A stretch of 64,000 nucleotides of DNA from Acidimicrobiales bacterium (GCA_024638845.1 JAHEJN010000004.1:13748-77747), one strand, 5' to 3'. Counted from the first letter of the stretch, positions 1-7,931 are shown. The notes: a model not told the origin generated them from the sequence alone. Translations and numbers: made by a program.

Positions 1-531
1 ATCCTCGCCGCTGATGGTGCCGGCCTGCACCGACAGCAACGTTCCGTCGGCGGCGATGAACGCGGTGCTCGGCATGACCCCCAGATCGGCGACCTCGCGG
101 TGGATGGCCCCGTTCGGGTCGAGACCGACCGGAAAGGTGACCCCGGTCTCGACGAGCAGCGCTTCGGTGTCCTCGATCCGGTCGCTGACGCTCAGGCCGA
201 TCACGTTCACCTGACCGGCGAAGATCTCCGAGGCGGCTTGGATGTCGGGAAGCTCACGAATGCAGGGCGCACACCATGACGCAAAGAAGTTGACCACGGT
301 GGGCTGGCCTCGAAACGCCGCGAAGGTGGTCGAGCCGCCGTCGAGCAGCTCGAAGGAGACCTCGGGAGGCGGGTCGCCGACGGGTACGTCGGAGTCATCG
401 GCCAGCACGGCGTTGAGCACGAGGAACCCGCTGAGGAGCGCCAGGAAACCACCGACGAGCCACGGCACCGGAGACCGGCGAACGGGCTCGTCGCCGACGT
501 CGTCGTCAGAGGCGTCGATCTCGTGTTCCAT
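1..531 (-). CDS. TlpA/ResA-like thiol-disulfide oxidoreductase (thioredoxin fold), membrane anchored; 3' end runs off the window
   Basis: Own minus-strand translation (absent from the ORF track because there is no stop in the window): MEHEIDASDDDVGDEPVRRSPVPWLVGGFLALLSGFLVLNAV...GQPTVVNFFASWCAPCIRELPDIQ... Shows an N-terminal TM helix and a WCAPC redox motif. Confidence 0.8.
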   Translation of the reverse strand, partial: MEHEIDASDDDVGDEPVRRSPVPWLVGGFLALLSGFLVLNAVLADDSDVPVGDPPPEVSFELLDGGSTTFAAFRGQPTVVNFFASWCAPCIRELPDIQAASEIFAGQVNVIGLSVSDRIEDTEALLVETGVTFPVGLDPNGAIHREVADLGVMPSTAFIAADGTLLSVQAGTISGED

Positions 532-708
532 GGGTTCTCCGACGCTAGCTGGGGGTCGAACGCATTGGGAACGCCGCAGCAACCCGGAATGTTCCGTGAC
601 GATCGGTCCGGTTGCCCAGGACGGACCGGGGATCGAGCCAGGCGAGGAGGGGGATCTCGCCGGTCGTCACCCCGGTCCGTCGGATCGTGAGCGGCCGAAG
701 CCGCCGGC

Positions 709-1056
709 TCAAGCCGTCCGGAGCAGAGGCCGGAGGTGCTCGGGGACCGGGACATCCGGTAGGTGATCCTCGGGCCGTGGCACCTTCGGCGGCCGACCGC
801 GCCGCCGTTTCTGCATGAGCACCTTGCCGTTGAGGAACAACTGCCCGCCCCAGACGCCGTAGGGCTCTTCCCGCTCGATGGCCCCGGCAAGGCACTCGGC
901 CATCACCGGGCACTCGGCGCAGATCGCCTTGGCCCGCGCGATGTCGTGGAGCTCCTCGGAGAAGAACAGGTCAGCAAGGGGCTCGGGGGAGGTCGCACAA
1001 CGGCTGAGAGCACGCCAGCCGTCGTCAGGGACGATGAGTTGCTCGATTCCGAGCAT
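709..1056 (-). CDS. whiB7: WhiB7/WblC-like Wbl transcription factor
   Basis: 115-aa ORF with four Wbl cysteines (C20, C46, C49, C55), a GVWGG turn, EPY (EPW-like) just before it, and a C-terminal AT-hook KRRRGRPPK as in WhiB7. Confidence 0.75.
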   Translation of the reverse strand: MLGIEQLIVPDDGWRALSRCATSPEPLADLFFSEELHDIARAKAICAECPVMAECLAGAIEREEPYGVWGGQLFLNGKVLMQKRRRGRPPKVPRPEDHLPDVPVPEHLRPLLRTA

Positions 1057-1094
1057 TTCGGATCCTGCTTTCGTGGGATTCGTGATTCGAGGAG

Positions 1095-1138
1095 GAGTCG
1101 GAAAAACGGAAAGGCCGCCGGATCGAATCCGACGGCCT
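1095..1138 (-). terminator. Intrinsic terminator/attenuator between the uORF and whiB7
   Basis: On the minus strand, AGGCCGTCGGAT-TCG-ATCCGGCGGCCT (12-bp stem, one mismatch) is followed by TTTCCGTTTTTCC. It lies 28 nt after the uORF stop and about 40 nt before the whiB7 ATG. Confidence 0.6.
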
Positions 1139-1166
1139 CAGGAGGAGGGTTGACTTCGACTGCACC

Positions 1167-1331
1167 CTAGGTGGGTGGTGAAGCCTCCTTCGGCCGCTGG
1201 TGGTGGGGCTTGGGGGTTCCCGTCGCCATCGGATCGGTGGTGCCGAAGAACACGGTGTTCCACCCACACGGCGCAGAGACGCGCGAGCTCGGGGCGGTGA
1301 CGACAGCGGAGATGTTCGTGGTGATCAGCAT
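1167..1331 (-). CDS. 54-codon upstream ORF (leader peptide candidate) in the whiB7 leader
   Basis: Internal Met of track ORF 1167..1397: MLITTNISAVVTAPSSRVSAPCGWNTVFFGTTDPMATGTPKPHHQRPKEASPPT. Preceded by GAGAGGAGG 9 nt upstream; third-position G/C strongly enriched. Confidence 0.45.
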   Translation of the reverse strand: MLITTNISAVVTAPSSRVSAPCGWNTVFFGTTDPMATGTPKPHHQRPKEASPPT

Positions 1332-1368
1332 CGTCGGTCGCCTCCTCTCGGCGTCGCGGGGATCTCCA

Positions 1369-1405
1369 AGCCTGACCATGGGCGGAGAGGCTGTCAAGGG
1401 AATTA
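1369..1405 (-). promoter_or_regulatory. Candidate whiB7 promoter: AT-rich patch, -35 TTGACA, 17-nt spacer, -10 CAGGCT
   Basis: The minus strand reads GGTAATTCCCTTGACA-N17-CAGGCT directly after the MBL gene stop. The AT-rich TAATT sits 3 nt upstream of the -35, the layout described for WhiB7-dependent promoters. Confidence 0.4.
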
Positions 1406-1416
1406 CCGCGGCGGGG

Positions 1417-2493
1417 TCAGTGGTGACGGGGAGCGAAGGTGGCCGGGCCGTCGGATTCGACGCGATCGATCTCGCCCAGAGCGGCGAGATGCACGAGGTG
1501 GGCGAAGGTCTCGCTCTCGGCCATGACGCCCCATGAACGCTCGCGAAACAGCAGCCTCATGTGGGCGACCACGTCGGCGGTGCCCAGCCGGCGGACCGAC
1601 GAGCGGATGTGGTCGAGTCGCTGTCGGTGATGATCGACGATGGCGTCGGCTCGGCCGGCGAGATCGGTGAACGGATCGCCGTGAGCGGGCAGGGCGACGG
1701 TCACGTCGCCGACGGCGGCCACCCGTTGCAGGGAGGTGATGAAGTCGGCGAGCGCGTCGGTGTCGGGTTGCCAGCCGCCGATGTGGGGCGTGATGGTCGG
1801 CAGCACGTGATCTCCCGAGAGCATCACGCCGTGGGTCGGGTCGTAGAGGCAGAGATGGTCATGAGTGTGACCTGGGGTGTGCAGCGCGAACCAGTCGCGA
1901 TCGGCAAGGGCCACTGGCTGGTCGTCGGCAAGCGCGAGATCGGGGCGCAGGGTCGGAAACCGTTGATTGGGGCGGCGCTCCTCGAGCATGAGCCGGGTCA
2001 GCTGGGGCGCGGCCTCGGAACGAACTGTGCCCCAGGGCGTGAGGCCACGGAAGTGATCGAGGAACTCCTCGGCCGCTTCGACCTCGTTGAGGTCGAGCGC
2101 CGCGGAGTCCTCGTGTTCGTGGAGCTCGTCGGTCTCCCAGAACAGGCGAAACGACTCGTGCGTCACCACTCGGGCCCCCGTTTCGGCTGCGAGCCGTATC
2201 GCCCCGCCGAAGTGATCGGGGTGGGAGTGGGTGATGATGGCCGTGTGCACTCGGGCCAAGGGGATCCCGGCCCGACCGAGCCGGTCGAGCAGGTTCCGCC
2301 ACGAGGTGGTTCCGGGCAGACCGGGGTCGATCAGCGCAAACCCCTGGCTGTCCTCGATGGCGTAGCAGTTGACGTGGCCGAGGCCGGGCATGTCGACCGG
2401 CAGCTGCAGACGGAGCACCCCCGGAGCGACCTCGGTGACATCGTGGTCGGCTCGACGCTGCTCTTGGCGGGGCGGCCGAGCCCACGTGTTCAT
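1417..2493 (-). CDS. MBL-fold metallo-hydrolase
   Basis: 358-aa ORF with HSHPDHFGG (HxHxDH) and later His/Asp ligands. Its ATG overlaps the orn stop (ATGA). Confidence 0.8.
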   Translation of the reverse strand: MNTWARPPRQEQRRADHDVTEVAPGVLRLQLPVDMPGLGHVNCYAIEDSQGFALIDPGLPGTTSWRNLLDRLGRAGIPLARVHTAIITHSHPDHFGGAIRLAAETGARVVTHESFRLFWETDELHEHEDSAALDLNEVEAAEEFLDHFRGLTPWGTVRSEAAPQLTRLMLEERRPNQRFPTLRPDLALADDQPVALADRDWFALHTPGHTHDHLCLYDPTHGVMLSGDHVLPTITPHIGGWQPDTDALADFITSLQRVAAVGDVTVALPAHGDPFTDLAGRADAIVDHHRQRLDHIRSSVRRLGTADVVAHMRLLFRERSWGVMAESETFAHLVHLAALGEIDRVESDGPATFAPRHH

Positions 2494-3056
2494 GGCGACG
2501 GCTTGCGGGCCGTGCCGTCGGTGTCGAGCACGAAGAACCGGTCGCGGTAGTACCGGAGCTCTTCGAGGCTCTCCCGTATGTCGTCGAGCGCGCGGTGGCC
2601 GAGCTCCTTGTTGGGACGCACGTCGAGCACCTTCGGTGCCCAGCGCCGGGCGAGCTCCTTGACGGTGGAGACATCGACGGACCGGTAGTGCAGGTAGTCC
2701 TCGATCTCGGGCAGGTAGGCGGCGAGGAAGCGACGGTCGGTACCGATCGAGTTCCCACAGAGGGGAACGGTCTGCGCCTCCGGGATGTGCTCTTTCAGAA
2801 ATTCGAGCGTGGCTGCTCCGGCCTCCTCGAGGCTGATGGTCGACGCTGTGATCTGGGGCAGGAGGCCGCTGGTCGTGTGCATGGTGCGCACGAAGTCATC
2901 CATCGTGGCCAACGCCTCGGCCGGCTGGTGGATCACCAGATCGGGGCCTTCGGCCACCAGCTCGAGGTCGTCATCGGTGATGAGTGTGGCGATCTCGACG
3001 ATCACGTGACGCGTGGGGTCGAGTCCGGTCATCTCGAGATCCATCCAGGCCAGCAT
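2490..3056 (-). CDS. orn: Oligoribonuclease
   Basis: [31 protein letters not shown]...[11 protein letters not shown]...HRALDDI. Start chosen at the Met 7 nt downstream of a TACCCT -10 (leaderless). The track ORF extends to 3239, but that N-terminus is not protein-like. Confidence 0.85.
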   Translation of the reverse strand: MLAWMDLEMTGLDPTRHVIVEIATLITDDDLELVAEGPDLVIHQPAEALATMDDFVRTMHTTSGLLPQITASTISLEEAGAATLEFLKEHIPEAQTVPLCGNSIGTDRRFLAAYLPEIEDYLHYRSVDVSTVKELARRWAPKVLDVRPNKELGHRALDDIRESLEELRYYRDRFFVLDTDGTARKPSP

Positions 3057-3063
3057 CGGCAGG

Positions 3064-3073
3064 AGGGTAGCCT
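3064..3073. promoter_or_regulatory. Back-to-back -10 hexamers for divergent leaderless orn and dut
   Basis: AGGGTAGCCT: plus-strand TAGCCT is 8 nt before the dut ATG (3082). Minus-strand TACCCT is 7 nt before the orn ATG (3056). The hexamers share the central TA. Confidence 0.45.
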
Positions 3074-3081
3074 GCGACACC

Positions 3082-3519
3082 ATGCTCTCGATTCCGATCA
3101 CCCGACTGCATGCCGACCTCCCGCTGCCGGAATACGCTCGGCTCGGGGATGCCGGCGCCGACCTCGTGGCCGCCGAGGATGCGGTGTTGGCGCCGGGTGG
3201 GGGCCGAGCGCTGGTGGGCACGGGCATCGCCCTGGCCATCCCTCACGGCTTCGCCGGGTTCGTGCAGCCTCGCAGTGGCCTGGCCGTCCGACACGGAGTG
3301 ACCTGCCTGAACACGCCCGGCCTCATCGACGCGGGCTATCGGGGTGAGCTGAAGGTTCTCTTGGTCAACACCGACCCCGCCGAGGCATTCGAGGTGCGGC
3401 GCGGCGAGCGCATCGCCCAACTGGTGATCCAACCGATCGAGCATGTTGATTTCGTCGCAGTACAGGAGCTCCCCGACTCCGAGCGAGGCGCAGGCGGTTT
3501 CGGTTCGACCGGGCGTTGA
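3082..3519 (+). CDS. dut: dUTP diphosphatase
   Basis: [30 protein letters not shown]...[11 protein letters not shown]...RIAQLV...[12 protein letters not shown], the classic trimeric dUTPase motifs. Confidence 0.9.
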   Translation: MLSIPITRLHADLPLPEYARLGDAGADLVAAEDAVLAPGGGRALVGTGIALAIPHGFAGFVQPRSGLAVRHGVTCLNTPGLIDAGYRGELKVLLVNTDPAEAFEVRRGERIAQLVIQPIEHVDFVAVQELPDSERGAGGFGSTGR

Positions 3520-3526
3520 CTCGGGC

Positions 3527-3922
3527 TCAGCGGTGAGGACTCGCGTGTCGCTTGAGGACTCGTACGGATCGCTCGTCGGCGTTCACGTCGATCTCGTCGG
3601 CCAGGCCGGCGGTGATCTCCGAGAAGCGCGTGATGCGATCGTCGGGCAGCGGCCGGGGTTCCTCGTCGAGCCAGCTCACCATCTCGACATCGACCACCGC
3701 AGGCCCCAGGCGGTACCCGATCTCGATACGGCCCGATCGGGGCGACGGACCGAGCAACATGATCACGGCTTCGTCGATGGCCATGCGCAGGTCGTCGATC
3801 TCGCCGAGGGTGAATCCCCGGCGATGGGCGAGATGAGCTGCGCCCACACGGGCGACGCGTCCGTATTCGGGCCGACCGGGTATCACAAGGGAGATGTCGG
3901 CCGATCCGGACGCCGCTGCCAT
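3527..3922 (-). CDS. Hypothetical protein; weak resemblance to RsbW-type anti-sigma/HATPase-like regulators
   Basis: ORF 3527..3973. An N-terminal pattern ISLVIPGRPEYGRVARVGAAHLA followed by acidic helices recalls anti-sigma regulatory factors, but no ATP-binding motifs were seen. Start (Met1 at 3973 or Met18 at 3922) is uncertain. Confidence 0.35.
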   Translation of the reverse strand: MAAASGSADISLVIPGRPEYGRVARVGAAHLAHRRGFTLGEIDDLRMAIDEAVIMLLGPSPRSGRIEIGYRLGPAVVDVEMVSWLDEEPRPLPDDRITRFSEITAGLADEIDVNADERSVRVLKRHASPHR

Positions 3923-3975
3923 GCACAGAGAATGCCACGTCCGTGCCCCGAGATCGGCTATCGGCCGACGCATTC

Positions 3976-4542
3976 ATGACGATCCTCCTCGACGAACCAC
4001 GCTGGGAATGGCACGGCACGAGGTGGTCGCACCTGGTGAGTGACGCGAGCCTGGGTGAGCTGCACGACTTCGCACGTGCCGTACGCATGCGCTACCTGTC
4101 GTACCAGGGGGATCACTACGACCTCCCGGTGGCCCTCTTCGACGCCGCTCTGCGTGCGGGCGCCGAGCTCGTCGACTCGCGCGAGCTGGTGCGTCGGCTG
4201 CGCGCAGCGGGGCTGCGTCGCCGAGCGGGCAAGGCGGCCACGGCGTGGATGGTCGTGGTCGAAGGCGACCCAAAGGCGGTGGCCGATCATCTCGATGCGA
4301 CTGCGGCTCGGCTCTTGATGTCGGTGGCCCGTCGCCACGGCCCGATCCATTCGGCCACGCTCCTGCAGCGTCAGGATGAGCGGGTCGGGCTCCTGGCCCT
4401 GGCCGATCAGAAGTCACGCATCGACCGCGGGGTCGAGATCGTCGACGACGACCGAGCCATCGTGGAGTCGCATGACCCCCGGGGCCACACCCTCGAGGTC
4501 ATCTGGCGGTCAGGGGCAGGCAGGGAACTCGATCATCGGTAG
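3976..4542 (+). CDS. DUF4031-like protein
   Basis: MTILLDEPRWEWHGTRWSHLVSDASLGELHDFARAV...GDHYDL matches my memory of the DUF4031 N-terminal signature. The C-terminal half is unassigned. Confidence 0.55.
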   Translation: MTILLDEPRWEWHGTRWSHLVSDASLGELHDFARAVRMRYLSYQGDHYDLPVALFDAALRAGAELVDSRELVRRLRAAGLRRRAGKAATAWMVVVEGDPKAVADHLDATAARLLMSVARRHGPIHSATLLQRQDERVGLLALADQKSRIDRGVEIVDDDRAIVESHDPRGHTLEVIWRSGAGRELDHR

Positions 4543-5241
4543 CCGCCCGGCTCGATACGAGCTGACGACGCCGTCGGTGATCTCGAAGAAGATCCGGAAG
4601 TTCGCGTCGCCTTCGTCGGTGGGGACGAACGCCAGCATGGTCGGGTCGGACTCGTCGAGCAGCGCTCCGAACAGCTCCCGGAGCTCTTCGGGGGTGGAGC
4701 CGACTCCCGCGCCCGAACGGGTGGTGATGAGCTCGGTGGTCACGTCGACGCGCTCGACGCCGCCGTTCCACATCATGAACGAGACGCCGACCGGCCCGTT
4801 CACCGGATCGGCGAACCAACACTCGCTCGTGACCGAGCCGTCGGTCGTCCAGGCCGTGGCCGCGGCGGCGGCGGCATCGGCGGCGGTCATGCCGAAGAAC
4901 ACCTCGTCGAGACCGACCGTCGAGACCTTGGACGCCTCGGTGAAGGCGGGCTTGCTGAGGTCGATGTCGGGGTCGGGTGTGGTCGACGATGCCGGATCGT
5001 CGGTGCCGGGTCGGTCACCGTTCGCCTCGATGTCGACTTCGGCGTCGGCGGTCGGGTCGGCCTCGACCGGTGCCTCGGCCGGTTCCCCGGGGGTTTCCTG
5101 GAGCGGCAACGGTGTCGGCGTCGGCTCTTCGACCGCTTCGAGGGTGGCGCCATCGTCGCTACCTCCCGAACAGGCGCTCGCGACGAACGCGAGAGCGGCC
5201 AAGACGAGCAGCGGCTTCCTGATGAGCTGGGCGACCAACAC
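4510..5241 (-). CDS. Lipoprotein, unknown function
   Basis: Signal peptide plus lipobox (LAFVASAC), then an acidic Pro/Thr-rich linker and a globular C-terminal domain. 33-bp convergent overlap with the previous gene. Confidence 0.6.
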   Translation of the reverse strand: MLVAQLIRKPLLVLAALAFVASACSGGSDDGATLEAVEEPTPTPLPLQETPGEPAEAPVEADPTADAEVDIEANGDRPGTDDPASSTTPDPDIDLSKPAFTEASKVSTVGLDEVFFGMTAADAAAAAATAWTTDGSVTSECWFADPVNGPVGVSFMMWNGGVERVDVTTELITTRSGAGVGSTPEELRELFGALLDESDPTMLAFVPTDEGDANFRIFFEITDGVVSSYRAGRLPMIEFPACP

Positions 5242-5345
5242 CGTGCGAGACCTCCTCGGGCGAACTCGCCCAGTGAATCACAGCGTGCGTCGGATTCCCG
5301 GTCATGCCGTTGTCGACTCTGAACGGAGTCGACGCGGGCGGTGCG

Positions 5346-5420
5346 TGCCCCTGGTGGGATTCGAACCCACGATCTTCGGATTAAAAGTCCGCTGCCGTGA
5401 CCAACTTGGCTACAGGGGCG
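5346..5420 (-). tRNA. tRNA-Lys (anticodon TTT)
   Basis: Minus strand GCCCCTGTAGCCAAGTTGGTCACGGCAGCGGACTTTTAATCCGAAGATCGTGGGTTCGAATCCCACCAGGGGCA: 7-bp acceptor stem, TTCGAAT T-loop, anticodon loop CTTTTAA. CCA is not encoded. Confidence 0.9.
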
Positions 5421-5462
5421 GCTCGATTATGCCGGATAACCGGCCGGGTAGCCTCTGGTTCG

Positions 5463-6422
5463 ATGAGAGTTGCCGTGGTGCTCGCCGGCGGATCCGGCCA
5501 ACGAACCGGAATCGACGCCAACAAGGTGCTCGTCGAAGTGGCAGGGGTGTCGGTGCTGCGTCGCTCGGTCGACGCCATGGTCGCCGGTGGGGCCGACGCG
5601 GTGATCGTCGTGATCCGACCCCAGGACCGTACGGCGGTCGCCGCGGCGCTCGGCCCGGTCGAGCACGTGCTGGTACACGGCGGCGCTACCCGCCAACAGA
5701 GCGAAGCGGCAGGGATACTCGCCGCTGAGGCGCTCGGGGCGGCCACGCCCGGCGACGTGATCGCGGTGCACGACGCCGCCCGTCCATTGGTGTCGCCCGA
5801 GGTGGTGGCGAGCGTCTTCGACGCGGCGAGCGAGGGCGCGGCCTATCCCGCGGTCGAGCGTCACGATCTGTGGCACACCGACATCGACGGTCGTCCACGC
5901 ACGCCGGCTGTGGGCCCGATGCTCGCGGCCCAGACCCCCCAGGCGGTGCGGGCCGACCTGGCGATCGCCGCGGTTCGTGATGGCGGTGAGGCGGCCGCTG
6001 ATGCCACCGACACCGTCGACGTGGTGTGCCGGTTCGTGCCGAAGCTGCGTGTCATTGTCGTCGAGGGTCAGGCCACCAATCTCAAGGTGACCTGGCCCGG
6101 CGACTTCGCCACCGCCGAACGCGTACTGGCCCATGCCGCAACCGTCGATGACTCGTCGGCACCGGCGACCCCGGTAGAGTCCACCGTCGTGCAGGATGGT
6201 GACGCCTTCGACTCCGCGACGGTTGGCGACGATCCCGGGGTCTCCGACGACTACGGCACCCTCGGTGAGGTCGAACGCCAGGTCGCCGACTCACAGGTCG
6301 CCCTCGACTGCCTCGCCGTCGAAGGCACGGCGATCTGCACCACCTGCCAGGCCGCCGAAGCCGACGGCACTCTTGCCGACCGCCCGGCCCTCGCTCGCTG
6401 CGTGGCGGCCAAACGGGCCTGA
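5463..6422 (+). CDS. ispD: IspD-type MEP cytidylyltransferase with a ~95-aa acidic, Cys-containing C-terminal extension
   Basis: MRVAVVLAGGSGQRTG...VHDAARPL...AAQTPQA...NLKVTWPGD match IspD motifs. The extra tail ends ...LDCLAVEGTAICTTCQ...LARCVAAKRA. The track start at 5397 would overlap the tRNA, so it was rejected. Confidence 0.7.
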   Translation: MRVAVVLAGGSGQRTGIDANKVLVEVAGVSVLRRSVDAMVAGGADAVIVVIRPQDRTAVAAALGPVEHVLVHGGATRQQSEAAGILAAEALGAATPGDVIAVHDAARPLVSPEVVASVFDAASEGAAYPAVERHDLWHTDIDGRPRTPAVGPMLAAQTPQAVRADLAIAAVRDGGEAAADATDTVDVVCRFVPKLRVIVVEGQATNLKVTWPGDFATAERVLAHAATVDDSSAPATPVESTVVQDGDAFDSATVGDDPGVSDDYGTLGEVERQVADSQVALDCLAVEGTAICTTCQAAEADGTLADRPALARCVAAKRA

Positions 6423-6435
6423 CGTCGCCGACGAC

Positions 6436-7032
6436 TCAGGGTTGGTCGGGCTGGGTCGCCTCGACCTTGGCGGTATCGATCAGCAACACTCGCTCGCCGG
6501 CGACGATGCCCGATGGCGACAGGTCGATCCAGCGACCACCGAGGTTCGGGATGCGTTCGAAGGGGACGCCGGCCAAGCCCTCGACGGCGTAGATGACCCC
6601 GGCATGGACCACCACGAGCGCCTCGCCCTCGCCGGTGATCGCCGCGATCCGAGCGAGTGCCCCGACGGCGCGGGCGCTCACCGACTCGTCGTCCTCGTAC
6701 CCGTCGGGCCGGCGGCCATCGGCGAGGAACCCGGGATAGTCCCGCTCGATCTCGGGCTTGGTGAGCCCTTCCCATCCGCCGGCGTGGCGTTCTCGGAGGT
6801 CGGGATCGACCAGCACCGGACCGACGCCACTGCCGTCGGCGATGATCTCGGCGGTGCGGCGCGCCCGTTCGAGGTCCGAAGATGCCACGATGTCGAAGCC
6901 GCCGACCGCCTCGGCGGCGACCATGGCCTGACGGCGACCGAGGTCGCTGAGCGGAGGGTCGGCCTGACCCTGCCATCGACCGCTCGCGTTCCACTCGGAC
7001 TGGCCGTGTCGAACCAACAGCAGGCGACTCAC
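6436..7032 (-). CDS. Histidine phosphatase family protein (phosphoglycerate-mutase-like)
   Basis: VSRLLLVRHGQSEWNASGRWQGQADPPLSDLGRRQA (RHG motif). GTG start lies 8 nt after a TACGGT hexamer. Confidence 0.8.
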   Translation of the reverse strand: MSRLLLVRHGQSEWNASGRWQGQADPPLSDLGRRQAMVAAEAVGGFDIVASSDLERARRTAEIIADGSGVGPVLVDPDLRERHAGGWEGLTKPEIERDYPGFLADGRRPDGYEDDESVSARAVGALARIAAITGEGEALVVVHAGVIYAVEGLAGVPFERIPNLGGRWIDLSPSGIVAGERVLLIDTAKVEATQPDQP

Positions 7033-7070
7033 GGTGCCACACCGTATCGTCGGACCCCTAGGGTGACGCG

Positions 7071-7307
7071 ATGGCTCGCCTCCGCTTGTTCGCCGCAATC
7101 CGTGAGGCGGCGGGAACTACTGTCGCCGAGGTGCCGGGTGCCACGGTGGGCGAGGTCATCCATGCCGCAATCGAGCGATTCGGGCCGACCTTCGCCGATC
7201 AGGTCCCGGTGTGCAGGGTGTGGGTGAACGGCGAGCCCGCCGACGATGCCCACGCAGTGGTCGATACCGACGAGGTGGCCCTGCTCCCACCGGTATCGGG
7301 AGGTTGA
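7071..7307 (+). CDS. MoaD/ThiS-family sulfur-carrier protein
   Basis: 78 aa ending ...VALLPPVSGG (C-terminal Gly-Gly). A TAGGGT hexamer (7059..7064) lies 6 nt upstream of the ATG. Confidence 0.7.
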   Translation: MARLRLFAAIREAAGTTVAEVPGATVGEVIHAAIERFGPTFADQVPVCRVWVNGEPADDAHAVVDTDEVALLPPVSGG

Positions 7308-7333
7308 CGTTCTCGCCAGGTACGATCGTGCAG

Positions 7334-7867
7334 ATGCCCGTCGACTTCGACCGTCTCACTGCTCCCGGCTACCTGTCAGACCTCACCGAGCGCCCTCTCG
7401 AGGACGTCCGCGCCATGCGTACCGAGTGTCAGATCGTCGAGAACGCGCTCTCCCTGGTTCGTCGGGTGCTGCACGGACGGCTCGACATCTTCGGTGCCGA
7501 GATCGCCCGTCGCAACGAGGGCCGCGATCCGTCGACCCTCACCGAGCTGGTCGAGTCGCTCCCGGGTCTGCTCGCCGACCCGCCCCGCCGAGACGGCAAT
7601 CCCCGTCCCCCGCAGACCATCGACGTGTCCGATGTGGCCGACCAGCTGCTCGACGAGCTCGGGCCGGTGGTCACCGCGACCCAGCTCGGTGATCTCGTCG
7701 AGCTCGACGACGCCGCCATCACCCGGAGGTTCGAGACCCTCGAGCTCTATGAGCAGACCGTCTCGGATCGTCGTCGGGCGATGCACACGACCATCGACAC
7801 ACTCCAGGCCGAGATCACCCGGCGCTACCGCACCGGCGAGGCCAGCGTCGACTCGCTGCTCTCGTGA
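7334..7867 (+). CDS. RsiG-like anti-sigma factor candidate (c-di-GMP-binding coiled-coil type)
   Basis: Two helix motifs, ENALSLVRRVLHGRLD and EQTVSDRRRAMHTTID, fit E-x3-S-x2-R-x3-(Q/H)-x3-D. Overall pattern (..RRVLHGRLDIFGAEIARR .. DTLQAEITRRYRTGEASVDSLL) resembles RsiG. Confidence 0.55.
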   Translation: MPVDFDRLTAPGYLSDLTERPLEDVRAMRTECQIVENALSLVRRVLHGRLDIFGAEIARRNEGRDPSTLTELVESLPGLLADPPRRDGNPRPPQTIDVSDVADQLLDELGPVVTATQLGDLVELDDAAITRRFETLELYEQTVSDRRRAMHTTIDTLQAEITRRYRTGEASVDSLLS

Positions 7868-7931
7868 TCCTCTGGCCGTTTCGGTTCGGCCCGCAGATGT
7901 GAGTTTCGGAGTGGCCAACTAGCGTGGTGGG

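Noticed and set aside
207-890. Long ORFs antisense to or overlapping recognised genes throughout the window. Examples: 207..890-, 1859..2758-, 6251..7042-, 13632..15254-, 15697..16425-, 24934..26346-, 30382..31728-, 35750..36973-, 42187..43263-, 46156..47601-, 49466..51016-, 50271..51809-, 53118..54671-, 58778..59638-, 61691..62629-.
   Set aside because: Their translations are Arg/Pro/Gly/Ala-rich low-complexity strings typical of off-frame reading in high-GC DNA. Each overlaps a frame with clear family motifs and proper third-position GC bias.
3083-3239. Longer orn N-terminus (track start 3239, or Met at 3083 sharing a CATG with the dut start).
   Set aside because: The extra residues are Ala/Pro/Ser/Arg-rich and overlap dut on the other strand. 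Oligoribonucleases start a few residues before W-x-DLEMTGL, and a TACCCT hexamer sits 7 nt before the Met at 3056.
5242-5462. Integrated mobile element or attachment site at tRNA-Lys (and similarly at tRNA-Thr, 19824..19966).
   Set aside because: No integrase, excisionase-integrase pair, direct repeat of the tRNA 3' end, or compositional shift was seen next to either tRNA. The small HTH at 12367 is the conserved proC-linked gene, not a prophage excisionase.
5397-5462. Upstream start (5397) for ispD given by the ORF track.
   Set aside because: It would overlap the tRNA-Lys gene on the opposite strand. The IspD homology (MRVAVVLAGGSGQR) begins at the Met at 5463.
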